Below, one piece after another: positions 35,101 through 45,890 of a DNA stretch of 57,746 nt (within the stretch, counting starts at the first letter, position 1; each line of letters starts with the position of its first letter). Under the pieces are notes generated by a model. That model was not told the origin of the DNA and did not search any database. It saw only the letters and a program-made list of their open reading frames with translations. This DNA is from Nemertoderma westbladi (taxonomy: Eukaryota; Animalia; Xenacoelomorpha), in contig JAUCBJ010005699.1 in the NCBI GenBank assembly GCA_032718475.1, forward strand, positions 1-57,746. The letters run 5' to 3'. Both the position numbers and the translations under genes were made by a program.

Positions 35101-36210
35101 CTCTTTATCTGGAGTGATTTTACTAAATGGAGCCTGTCTTAATATAGATACTCGATTGTTATCGTAGAGTAATAAATTAATTATATATGCTGAATTCTGT
35201 TTTTCAAAAAGTTTAATTGCAAGCAGCCATTCTGTTGGATAATCTTTGTTCCCGTTGTCAAAAATAAAATGACTCATATAATTTTTGTACGATGAAGTAC
35301 GGTTTTTGTTGTTTTTTACTTTGCTACTAAATTTTGTGGCTATAATTGCCCATTTGAAACAGTCATTATCAGCCGTTTGTATATTTATAACACATTTTTT
35401 AACTGATAGAGTGTTAGGTAACTCCATATAACCGTGACCTTTATATTCCAGTGACCTACACTTGGATTCAGCTACTTTAATTTCCACTCTTAATAAAGAT
35501 TTAACGCGCCACCCTGAGCCACGAGTGTTAAATATGGCTATTTTTTGCATTAATTTTTCTAGTACATACTCAAACCATGTGTCAAAACTTTCATGTGAAT
35601 CTATGGTATTAACTGCACCACCTGAAGAACTAAAATAGAAAGCTTCTTCTTGATCTCCCTCTGAAAAATGTGATCGATACATGAGTATATTCACACCTAG
35701 CCAGGGTCTAAGTACATTCATTTCGCTAAGTTTTCCTAATAATAACGTTTTGATGTGTGGCAGAATTTTTAGTATCGATGAATGAATATCAGGAAAATCT
35801 TCATCATTCGGAAGATTGTAAACATAGATTTCTAAACGGTTATCGTGTGCAGCTCGTTCGATGCTAAAAATTGATGGACCTTGACCAGATTTCAGTCTTT
35901 TTCTAGATGCGACAGTATTGTTTTGGTTCGCTCGTGGTCTAACATGATAATAACGTTGGTGACAGTCGTGACGTAAATAATTATCATATAAATACTCTTT
36001 ATTACAAGTAGGACAAGTTTTTTCATACACGTAAAACTTCATTTCTTTACATCCCGTAGGTGTTTCGTGTCGTTTGCATATTTCTTCTGTAGGTGTAAAA
36101 ACATGACACTTAAAACAAGAATAACCTTCAAAATGTGACCTTAGGTGGCGTAAATAATTTCGTTTAGAAATTTGAAGAGGACAAAATGGACATTTCAATT
36201 GTTTATCCAT
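32197..36210 (-). CDS. polB: Protein-primed family B DNA polymerase with N-terminal zinc fingers and endonuclease VII/HNH-like insertion
   Basis: GSGW, NDCFKWAI, exonuclease YFDIES and HN...YD, DFNSLY, KLLNNSLFGKT, DTDS; CFYC...HHSHITG...ACNACN insertion; 1337 aa uninterrupted. Confidence 0.95.
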   Translation of the reverse strand: MDKQLKCPFCPLQISKRNYLRHLRSHFEGYSCFKCHVFTPTEEICKRHETPTGCKEMKFYVYEKTCPTCNKEYLYDNYLRHDCHQRYYHVRPRANQNNTVASRKRLKSGQGPSIFSIERAAHDNRLEIYVYNLPNDEDFPDIHSSILKILPHIKTLLLGKLSEMNVLRPWLGVNILMYRSHFSEGDQEEAFYFSSSGGAVNTIDSHESFDTWFEYVLEKLMQKIAIFNTRGSGWRVKSLLRVEIKVAESKCRSLEYKGHGYMELPNTLSVKKCVINIQTADNDCFKWAIIATKFSSKVKNNKNRTSSYKNYMSHFIFDNGNKDYPTEWLLAIKLFEKQNSAYIINLLLYDNNRVSILRQAPFSKITPDKELLNILLVKNKNTSKQSHYVCITNLNRLLNTTGKHIRCRKFCERCLSHFYSKDVLERHRLACYRGKSQVEKLSSEKRTHIRLRNLDRTLPALFVIYFDIESILEPATNSKFIQNHIPCAVSYLIVPSSELINPPKFYLKTFTKTIDNNCIQDFLDSVYNDITQLYKWAETHTREKIILNEVDKLSFWKAKTCFYCNVLFKDKSEKNKHHSHITGNYIAAACNACNRSLSLKRHMYILAAHNCNLYDLHFLLQVGFTNNKYSDWDIKVIPKNSERYISLSMHIPVKDEKTKIELRVLDTYQFLSFSLSTLVDCSTKDIDSEDITSVLPITEQQMKYFYPNLNNATIKRKGIFPYEYLTDLNKFNDSKLPSIDKFYSKLTQNTCTPEEYSFANASWSQFDCVNLKDYLLAYLKLNVCLLADIFENFRRVCRQNYELEVVYYCSIAAFTYDCALKYNKCKLALIKDYQTYRDFEASIRGGVSFCRKHYIESNIPDTDNYDPSKEECHIFNIDFNSLYSGNLSKKLPVSGFEQVNVTYLENAAPEELINYLTNLDTEGDIGFFLICDLKYPKDIHDRTLELPLAPEHLSINEIMLSPYMREQYNHVCKQRGTNSNYKMCAPKLMLTQFDKEFYHVNLKLLKFYIKQGLIVTKLHKLYSFHQDFVFKPYIDFNINQRRVAKSYIETAVAKLLNNSLFGKTIEKIRDRCNFRIANSKEKCDLLVKRINHENFMIYNDSLSGHLLVKDSVTLDKPVYVGSTVLDLAKLDMYQLYYDKLLPIEKELNCRIEIVASDTDSLIGCYYNTSQSNFLKALIKNNILDTSNYPKDHPLYSDKNKSRLYYCKDELASRKIKQAVFLRPKLYSILEFNETNIRRAKGITRAVVDKNICHEDYLSAYKDNLEISKETHQFQSQLHKVYTVARDKFALSAFDDKLYWVNKNHSLPWGHYQTKVEKPVKKNNIPIYREPNNELSDS

Positions 36211-36760
36211 CTCTTTATTATCCTAAAAACAATTTAAAATTAATATGAATATTGTTATATATATAATCAAAAAAAATTCATAAGCTACTCAACACAAATA
36301 AAATATAATATCTAAACTTTAATTAATTTAATATTTTCAGAATGAGCTCGATTGAATCAGTTGAGCTCTTTATATATATATATATATTTCAAGTTTCTAC
36401 TTATACCAACCAATCATAAATAACAGTTACATTGGAAACTAATATCATAAATAAAGTTGCTTTTACAACTGAATTCTTTATAATAAAATCAAGTCTAAGC
36501 AAAGATGTGCATAATGCGTTTTTAATTTTCATTGATAAAGTAGGTTTTACATGCTAATGTTTTATTATGGTGGTGTAAACTCATGCATTTACATGCGAAT
36601 GTTTTATACCTAATCCCATGCTCACATTAAACTATCACCAATATTTACTCAATAAAGTCACCTTTACATGCAAATACTTTATAATAATCACGCTTTGTGA
36701 TAAAAAGTTACCTTTACAAGTCAGTGTGAAACTGAAAAAAAGTCTCTAGTTAATAATAAA

Positions 36761-37804
36761 TCAATCTGATACTGTTTTTATATGTTCCTTATTGTAATCT
36801 GCTACCTCTTCACTTGCTTTTGTAACTTTTATTTTCTTTGTAGGTATAGAATCATTGTTGGGAATGGAAGATGTTTGAGATGTAGATCTGCGCTTTCTAT
36901 CACTCGATGTCTCTTCGATGTATGTCTTTGGATTAAATGTGGATGAAACTACTTCTGGAAATGACTTATTAACCTTAAACTTCCAAGTTGGTTGATATAG
37001 AATCGCGAAACCGTCTGCTATATCAGTTGATGAAACCTTTAACATCATATCGTAGAGAAACTCTATATGTGGTATGTCTTTATCGTAATGTAACTGTAAA
37101 TATTTGCTTTCCTTGTCTGTAATAATTACTTTTTTTTCTTGTACATTTATTTTTACTTTAAGTCGGTCAGATAAAGCTTTATCGCCCGTATCTAGCTCTG
37201 AAAAGACACCTTCGTTTCTAATTTCATAATTCCATTCATACCACAATGAATTTACTTCCGACGCTGTTAAGTTAAACCCATTATAATACTTAAGACCAAT
37301 AGCATCAGAATATCTAGCTGAAATCTCCCATAGTCCCATATAAGTTGTTCCTTTATATTTGCTTACAAAACCAACAAAAGATGGGTTGGTTAAATTAACA
37401 ACAGAGCACTGATTTATTATTTCGAGTGGTGGTGATAACAATTCTAATATTTCTGTCTTACTCTGAAGCAATAAATTAATGAGTGATTTGTTTAGAATTT
37501 GACATTTGCCTTGCTTCTGAATATATACGTTTTCAGTAATAACACAGGTGGAAATATTTAACTTTCCTCTTGTAAATTCTATATTAGGATAAATATTACC
37601 TCTTGAAACTGGTGATTCCTTTTGTCGGTTGATTAATATTTCTAAGACATCTAGAAGGTAGAGTGTATCCTGGTAAGAGAAGCATGTTGTTACATTGCTA
37701 TCGCTTGAGAGTAATATAAAGTACTTGCCATAAACAATACTACAGGTATATTTATTACATGTAAATTTCCAAGTATTGTTTGAAGTTTTTTTAAATAAAT
37801 CCAT
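36761..37804 (-). CDS. Polinton accessory protein with a PC4-like ssDNA-binding/coactivator domain
   Basis: FVGFVSKYKGTTYMGLWE...NGFNLTASEVNSL resembles PC4 (V..FKG...IDIRE...KGISL..EQW..L); basic C-terminal tail. Confidence 0.55.
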   Translation of the reverse strand: MDLFKKTSNNTWKFTCNKYTCSIVYGKYFILLSSDSNVTTCFSYQDTLYLLDVLEILINRQKESPVSRGNIYPNIEFTRGKLNISTCVITENVYIQKQGKCQILNKSLINLLLQSKTEILELLSPPLEIINQCSVVNLTNPSFVGFVSKYKGTTYMGLWEISARYSDAIGLKYYNGFNLTASEVNSLWYEWNYEIRNEGVFSELDTGDKALSDRLKVKINVQEKKVIITDKESKYLQLHYDKDIPHIEFLYDMMLKVSSTDIADGFAILYQPTWKFKVNKSFPEVVSSTFNPKTYIEETSSDRKRRSTSQTSSIPNNDSIPTKKIKVTKASEEVADYNKEHIKTVSD

Positions 37805-38353
37805 AATTAGAATGAAAACTATTTTGAAAAATAAAAACCAAATAAATGATTATTAGAATGTAAAACTTCTGTTTATATGGTTGCTTTATTACAACAGAGT
37901 GACTTACAGTGAGGAATATAGTAGCTTCGTGTAACAGATGCAACGTGTACAGCTAAATTTATTACATTAGCGTGAGTTAGAGAGTGAAATAGCAGTAACA
38001 TGTAACAGATGCAACGTGATCAATGCTAGCCCTGTCATTCTAACTTATATTTTAACTTAGTTGACCGGTCAGTCACATCGATAAAAGAAATCGATTATTA
38101 TTAATAGTCGAATTAATGTATTCTATGCTATAGTAATTATGTTAAGGAACTAGAAGCTATTTATAAACATCTGCTACCAGTGATGAAGATGAAGAATTCA
38201 ATGACTATGGTATAACTCAGATATTTATCGCCTTTTTCTCTCGAGGTTGGATGGAAGAGTGATTGGTGAGTTGTGAGGAGTTATATCGGTCCCGGGTTCG
38301 AACCCTGTTGAATATTTTGTTATCTGAAAAATTGCAAAATTAAATTTAGTTAC

Positions 38354-38742
38354 TGGTGAAAAATAGCGATTTGAAAAATAGTAGAAGTTACCTGTAGACA
38401 CCTCTAGCGTCTGTAAAATAATGGTTGGTGAAAAATAGCGATTTGAAAAATAGTAGAAGTTACCTGATGCTAAGTGTAGACACCCGAACACCTGTAAAAT
38501 AAAGGTTGGTTATTGGACGGAGTACTAGCGTTGGGTGACTAATAACGCCTCTAGCGGAAGATGCGGGAACTTGAGAAGTTGCCATGGTTACGGATGAAAT
38601 GCTGACATCTGATTGGTTGAAATAATAACGACCACTGCTAAAGGTTGAAATGGTGGCTTCTGATTGGATGGATTACTAAAAATGGACGGTAATGATGGGC
38701 TACGGGTGACTTTGATCGAGGTGGCTAGCTTCTTATACTACT
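38354..38742. repeat. Polinton right terminal region with subterminal direct repeats
   Basis: TGGTGAAAAATAGCGATTTGAAAAATAGTAGAAGTTACCTG at 38354 and 38426; terminus ACTACT. Confidence 0.7.
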
Positions 38743-41700
38743 CACCTGTACTCCTAGAACCTACCTCTAAATTCCCTTTGCACAGCACTAAACTACCTGT
38801 GCCCAGCAGAACAACCCCTGAGACAGTTCCTGTCCTGGACTCCGAGCGAAATATCAATGATTTGTCGCCCATTGTCCCTCGTCCACACGCTACTATGTTG
38901 GCGGCTCCCGCTTCGGCGGTAGAGTGGGTGGATGAGGGACGACGGGAGATGGGTCTACTGCTCGGGCAGCTGAGGGAACACCGTTTGTGCTCCTCTCAGC
39001 AGGTCCGAGAGATGGAAGGGACTGTTCAGCAGTTAAAGGGAACAGTCAGAGAGGGTAGGTTAGAGTTGCAAGAAGTGCAGCAGAGTATCGCGTTAGAACG
39101 CGATAAATTAGTAAATACACAAAAGGGTATACCACCACCCCCTGTAACAATGTGTCAACCTGTTAGGTCTTAAGTATTTCATGCGCAAGGTGTGGAGCCT
39201 ACACGCATCTATACTGCTAGTGAAGTAGAAACTCCTATAGTAAACCCTATTAAGGGTAATTATAAACCTGTTGACAATGATATTCCATATAGACCTGATC
39301 ATAATCCGAGAAATTTATATACCGATAGCTCGATATTAAATAACACGATGGCCCAAGAAAGTTTTACACGTCAAATGGCTAGAACCGAAGCCCGTCAAGC
39401 GGTAAAGGTGGGAGAGATTGTCAAGTTCAATGGAGATGAGATGAAATGGTTACCTTTTAATGAATATTACAAAGATAACATACAGAATTCTGTGCTATCT
39501 AACGGAGAGAAACTTAGATTCCTCATCGAGTGCTTGGAAGGATCTCCCAAGTTAATGGCGTTAAAGTTTATTGGACATCCGGATGGATTAAGACAAGTTT
39601 GGGATACACTAAACATCAGGTATGGTAATAGGAATAACATAGCTAGGTATTTGTATGCGAAATTAATGGCGCCCCGAAAGTTTCTTAGCAGCGGGATTAT
39701 AGAGTTTTCCGACGAGATTCAGGAGATCTGTAGACAACTAGATTGGTTAGTCTCATGAATACCAGAATTCTATGGTTATTGGACCCGTAGCATCTGCTTT
39801 GCCAAAGGGTGGAGTAGGTACACGCTGGGACAAGAAAGTGTTATATATGATGGAACAAGAACGAAGAGACCCTACCATGGCTGATCTCATGTCATTCTTA
39901 GATGGAGAGGTAAAATTACAGCTCCTAAAGCAGTCCAGAGAGAAGACACCGGAAAATAAGGTAAGTGAGAAACCCGCTTCTAGGAGAAAGGTAACACCAG
40001 TGTGTTATACAGGCGACGGTGAAAGCCAGGCTTCTCAAGAGGAGGACAGCGGGAAAGACACTGAACGATCTTACTATAACAACAAAGCGCCTAAAGACGT
40101 AAGTAAATTTAAGTCTCGAACCAATGACAGGAGAGAACAGGTAAGAAAAACTCCTCCTACGTCTCCTAAGAGAATTCATGGAAGAAAGCCCGAGGAAAGA
40201 ACGAGTGTGCACAACGTTACCCAAAGTAAGGTAAGTAACATCAAACCAAAATGTGTGCTGTGCGACGGGCCACACCGTTTAAGTGTGTGTGATGAATTCT
40301 TAAAAAAAATCCTTAAAGGATAGACGTGAAGTCATATGGGATAAGCGATTGTGTTATAATTGTCTCAGACGAGGACACCAATGGCGGACCTGTTACTCCG
40401 ACGCAAGGTGTGCTAAGTGCGGCGCGAAACATCATATCTTGTTGCACACTGAATTCGAAAGAAACAGCCCGAGTCAGGTAAGTGAGTCCGAACTACATGT
40501 CCAATTCAGTGATGTGAACGACACTGATCAAAGTTCTGAGATGGAAGGATTCTATACGGATGAATTCTCTGACGAAAACGAATCCTGTTACATAATAAAT
40601 ACCGCAGTGTATCGAGCACTTACGTATGAGAAAGAAACCGATATTGAGCTCCCCCTAACTACTCCTGACCGACAACCATCTTGGAAAGCACCAACTTCCA
40701 ACGTGGGAATCCGAGAATTTCCCGTAGTGCAGTTGAGAGTCCACGGCCCACGAAAGAGTTATATAGTGAACACCCTCCTTGACTCCGGCAGCACAGGAAC
40801 ATTAATCGATAAAGAACTAGCCAAAGACATCTTTGCTGGACAACCCAAGTTCCGAACTAAGTTGAACATGTCAGGAATTATGCAGGTTTGGAAATCTACA
40901 GTAGCTACAGACTACTATGTAGGCGCGTTGTCCACCCCCCAGGATGAACTAGGAGAACACAGTATAAGGTCAGTAAAAATGGTGGCGATAAAGAACTTCG
41001 CTACCAGCCAAGTAGAACCTTATAACTGGGATGAGGACTATTTCACCCAGCAGCATAAGATACCTAGATTCAACACAGACTACCCTGGAGTGCAAATACT
41101 CATCGGCCAAAATGCGCATGAGGCGCTTGAGACATTGGAGAAACGGCCTGCTCAACCGCAACCACTGCAAACCTATGCGGGAATAACAAGAGTAGGTTGT
41201 TACCTCACTGGACCTTCCCGTAGGACACTCATGGAAAGGCTACCCAAAGATCGGGTCCATCAGGAGAGTGAATGGGAAGAAGACATCAGTGAGGGAGAGA
41301 CGACCATAACTGAGGGAACACCATACTCCTCAGATAATGACGATATTAACTCCAATGTAGATCAATGGAGACATTGCCCCGAGACAATTAATCTAGCCGA
41401 CATCGCTTCCAGAGGAGCAACTCCTCAAGAACTGACAGATACTCCAGACTGGTTAGGTGGACCCGACTTCCTAAGTAAAGAAGATGAATGGTCTCCCCAT
41501 CTTACCACGGCTGAGATTAGACAAGCCAAGGGAGCGGAGAAAGTCAAACCTAAAACCCGGACGAGTAAATCAAGGTTATTTAAACCCGTGATAGATCTGT
41601 CTGTACTACACATTGCCAGGGACGACGCTGTGGATCTAAACTCCCCCACCGCGAACAGATCTGTTGTGGAGATCAGAGAGAGAGACTGGAGATCTGGAAC

Positions 41701-41995
41701 ACCAGACGTCTCGCAGGGACTCTCACCTCTCCTGCCGGGAGCGATGGACCACTATAGCTCCTGGAATCGGCTTTGTAAGGCCGTCGTGTATTTGAAGCGA
41801 TGTTTCTATCGTCACTATTCCAGGACGAAGAGGAAACCTGGAATTGTATTCGAAACACAACAACTCAATCGCCCAGTTGGTCGTTTATGTTTACTGGAAA
41901 GAGACCGAGAACTGTCCGGAAACTATGGAAGGCAAGATACTCTTCCCACGACCACCTCCCTAATCCAACAAACATCTAGGGACTCCCCAACGTAG
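38743..41995 (+). pseudogene. Rest of BEL gag-protease with RT, most of RNase H and integrase deleted
   Basis: Aligns to copy 1 from ~4399; deletion junctions near 41348 (copy 1 ~6807 to ~8580) and 41830 (~9062 to ~10450). Confidence 0.88.
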
Positions 41996-43170
41996 CAGCG
42001 TCTGGAGTGGGTGTATGACTATATTATTTATATTTGTTTTTATTATTTTATATTTATGTATGTATTATTATTTAATTTTATTATAATCGTTTTCTTTAAT
42101 TTTATTTAGTAGAATGTTATTCTAGCGATTATCTAGTAGATTAGTGCAATATATATTAGTCTTATTACTTAATTACTTATATATTATATATTTAGTGCGA
42201 CGGCGAGAAATAATTCTTTTTCTCTTTCCTTACTGTCCGTATTACATTATAAATACGTGACTACAGTAAGATGAAATGTCCGTACTTATTAAAGTACAAT
42301 AAAGCTCCAACTATATTCAAGTATTATTGGTAAGTAGAGTATTAGGAATGCAAAGTTCAGATCCTCGTGTCTCAGCTAAACCAAGCTCTGGGTAGACCTT
42401 GGAAACGACTTGCCTCTTCTCACTGACATTGCTTCTTACGATATTGCTCTCATACCGTATATTAAATAATACATATAGTAGCGTGATGTCCCTTTAACAG
42501 TAGCGTAAAACGCAAAATAAATCTGTTAAACCCTTTGACCATCTGTAATTCTAGTCGATTAAGATATCGCGGCACCCACCGATATACTTGAAAGACAAAA
42601 TTCTAGAATCAGTGGTTAACGTCCCCAGACGATTTCTGGAATAAACCGGTGCCCATCTTAAATATTAACTATTAATATTTATAAAATCTGTCAAACAAAT
42701 ACAATAGAGTAAATACTTACAAGTTAACTCTAGAAAATCTATAAATCAAAATCTGTTAAAATTGAGATCCTTTAAAATTCTAGTCGATTAAGATATCGTA
42801 GCACTTACCGATACTCTTAAAGGACAAATTTCCTAGAATTCAGGATCATAGTCCCCAGACATGCTCTGGAATAAAATTGTGTCTATTTAATATTAAATAA
42901 TAAAATTTATGGGAATAAATTTAAATTCATATCTTTTAATGAATTTGATAAATTGTCATTTTTATACAATTTATAACATTCCCAAAATTCCATTAATTAA
43001 TAGATCATGGGAGCGGAGATTCACCCTATTAAGTATATTAGTGTGCGAGAATCTCCAATATATAGTCAATAGCCGATAAAATTTATAAAATCATGTATAA
43101 AGAGGAATATTGACAATTAAAGAATTACTATTAAATAGCATCCCAGATCTGTATGCATGAGAATTACCCC
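41996..43170 (+). repeat. Conserved non-coding post-pol region of family A
   Basis: Near-identical to about 10615-11795. Confidence 0.85.
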
Positions 43171-43180
43171 CCTGCATGAG

Positions 43181-44445
43181 AATGGTACTATTTAAATATC
43201 CTACCCAGCGGAGTCGGAATGATAAACTGAAAATCGAATACGAAAATTCTATTCGAAATCGACTTGAAAGAGAAGACTTTAAAGAACCGGATAAACGCGG
43301 TAACTCCAACGTATATTTGGAATTCTTGAGAGAAACATTGTAAAACCGAATAAATATCACCCGCGTTTCCCCTACAAGACGTGCGTCTTTGGTATTATCG
43401 CGATGAATGCCCAAGACCCAACCAACAAACGGAAAGATATAAACATCCGCGGAGACGTTGCTTTAAACACGGTTTTACTCGCTATATTTACGGGAGTTTC
43501 GAGCGAAACTTGTTCGATGTATCACCTACGCTCGTTCGATTCAAACGATCCTTAAATAAACCTATGATCAGAGTTCCGGAATACTCGGTCAGACCTCCTC
43601 ATTCCCTAGTTAGACCTCAGACTCTTGATCCTAATAGTATCACGGATCCTCCCGAGCTGTACTCACTGTTCAAAGATCTAGTGTTACCCGAACAGTTAGT
43701 CGGTGGCACTCCGGTTGTGGGCTCCCTAAATATTCGCCCATCTTACCTAGCCGGATTGGGACGCGGACATCTAATATTGCCATTCAACCGTATCATCGTC
43801 CCGGTTTAACCCGATACAACCTGTCACCGAGGCGGAGGAGAGAGTTGTACGAAACGCGTTGGACACTATTATTCAAAAGATCGCAAAAGGAACCTACAAT
43901 TGTTTAGAGAAACGTAAATTGCAGCAGCAAGTCCAAGCGGTAAACGAATTAACTTTATCTCAGTTCGATCAGGAAATTCAGAATCTCTAAGAAAATATCG
44001 AACTTAGACGACTCTACTCTAAAAGAGATTTAGACGAATGCTTCCAACAACAAGCGGAGGAAAATCAGCTCGAGGAGAAGCATATCGATTCCTATAGAGC
44101 CCGAGAACGCGAGTTGAAAAGAATCATCAAACCGAGTAAATTCTCACTACACATGGTCCACCTACCGCTTTCGTGCAAACGACCCGACGGGGACCAATAA
44201 GAGCTGCCGTCTTAAAATGCGCTCTCAAGGTTGTTCGACCTCGTTCCACTGAGGTTGATACCGATCAACCAGGTACCTCGACCGGCGGATACACCGACCG
44301 TAACCCTAAACCTTCTGATGCAATTGTATTGCACCCTTCACCCAGGAGTTATAGCCCTCCTAGTAAAGTGGCTCGCCCCAAAGAGAAAAGGACTCTTGCA
44401 AGCCACAAAAAACTGCGTAAACGCCGTCCACGCAAGAAAGACTAA
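43181..44445 (+). pseudogene. Decayed copy of accessory ORF3 including its C-terminal half
   Basis: Homology to 12609-13128, then Pro-rich, coiled-coil-like and basic KKLRKRRPRKKD segments, ending ~80 bp before the 3' LTR. Confidence 0.65.
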
Positions 44446-44523
44446 CTGTTTAGAGTATTTTTATATTTTAGAAACTGTGATTTTTTATATTTTATAGAAT
44501 TAAATCCCATTTTCTGGGAGCGG

Positions 44524-45687
44524 TGTAAAGGCTTTTGCGGATCTAGCTAGTCATTTTTCCCGCAAAGTACTCTGTAGGTGTTTTAGCGGACATAAAAAGC
44601 CGTTTTCTTACTGTGTAGGTGTTTTAGTGGACATAAAAAGCCATTTTTCTGTATGTGTACTTTAGCGGACATAACTAGCGATTTTATGCCGCAATACGCC
44701 AAAATACTCTTGATACAGTGTAGTTCAGATGACGACATCTATCAGCTGAGATGTCAACGTGTAGCTTTTGGCTTTCTTTGTTCGGCTCGACCAATCAGAG
44801 CGGTTTTCCCTCTGTGTTGGACAGTGCATACAGAAACTCACGCAATTCAGTCAGTGTGTATTTTTCCTAAGCCTAGAACACCGGCTGTGGAATTATTCTG
44901 TGTTTCAGACTTTAGCCAAACATTAGAACGGCGTTGATCATAGAAACGTATAACTGTTATTCTATCTACCACTTATCATATTATATTGTACGTACCTTTC
45001 ACCGCATTATTTTACTGCTATTTACTGTCGGTTATTAATTGTATCAGTTGATGGAATATTGTTATATTTGGAGAATATCGATAAATAATCATAAAACCCC
45101 AATCTTCTTGATATACTGAAGGTGAGAGACCGGTTACATATAGCAATTGCGACTTACATTATAGTGGTTTTGGAGTGAATTTAATGCTATTTCATAGGCC
45201 CTACAGGTGTCAGTTGCTGTTCTCTTTATATGTGACTAAAATTAGTGAAGGTCGGCAGATCGGTGTGCAGCATTGTGCGGTAGTGTGCATGAGTGTGATA
45301 GATAACAAAGCATCTCCTAAAGAATGCGCTTTATACGTGAATCAATAGCCATCCCGTTGTGTTTAGTGTAAGTCATAACTCTGTTTACATACTTAGAGCG
45401 CCACGTCCTAAAGGAACTGTTAATATTTCCCGAAAGTGAATAATATTTGTCAGAGATTATATTAACGATCAATCGAATAATACAGTATGCCTACACCGCA
45501 ATAAGGTCAGAGCTTCCGAATCCAGTCTCCCGGGTAAATCCAGCGGGTGAATGGTCGCGCATAGGCTGGCTTCGGCTAATGTAGTTTTATGTGTATCAAA
45601 TACTTGTCATAGGCTAAAGTCGATTTATAACCTAGAAGACACCTAAATTTGGCAGGTTAAACTGCTAAAGGTCTAAAAGCGCGAACA
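44524..45687 (+). repeat. 3' LTR (1164 bp)
   Basis: TG...CA; preceded by short purine tract GGGAGCGG; followed by ATTAT. Confidence 0.93.
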
Positions 45688-45716
45688 ATTATCCTTATAA
45701 CGCTTTGTCCCCAACA

Positions 45717-45890
45717 AACAATAGGACTATGGGATGTTTCATGATAAATCGTTTTATACACGGTGCATGAAACTTGATCTCAGTTCTAGAACAACTATAA
45801 ACAAAATGACATAAACAATAGGACTGTGGGATATTTCATGATAAACTGTTCTATACACAGTGCATGAAATTTGATCTCAGTTCTAGAACA
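45717..45890. repeat. ~97-bp tandem duplication
   Basis: AACAATAGGACT...TTTCATGATAAA...TGCATGAAA.TTGATCTCAGTTCTAGAACA occurs twice. Confidence 0.75.

Larger units (their letters stand above)
22771..38742. mobile_element. Polinton/Maverick (adintovirus-like) endogenous element, left arm deleted
   Basis: Penton x2, core, hexon, adenain, pPolB; AT-rich; right terminus ACTACT at 38737-38742 (canonical AGTAGT end), after which gag homology resumes; no integrase, packaging ATPase, long left TIR or target duplication seen. Confidence 0.92.
18183..45687 (+). mobile_element. Non-autonomous BEL/Pao family A element (copy 2), 27.5 kb, containing a nested Polinton
   Basis: Two 1164-bp LTRs; 5-bp duplication ATTAT at 18178-18182 and 45688-45692; gag, protease and ORF3 remnants inside. 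Confidence 0.92.
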
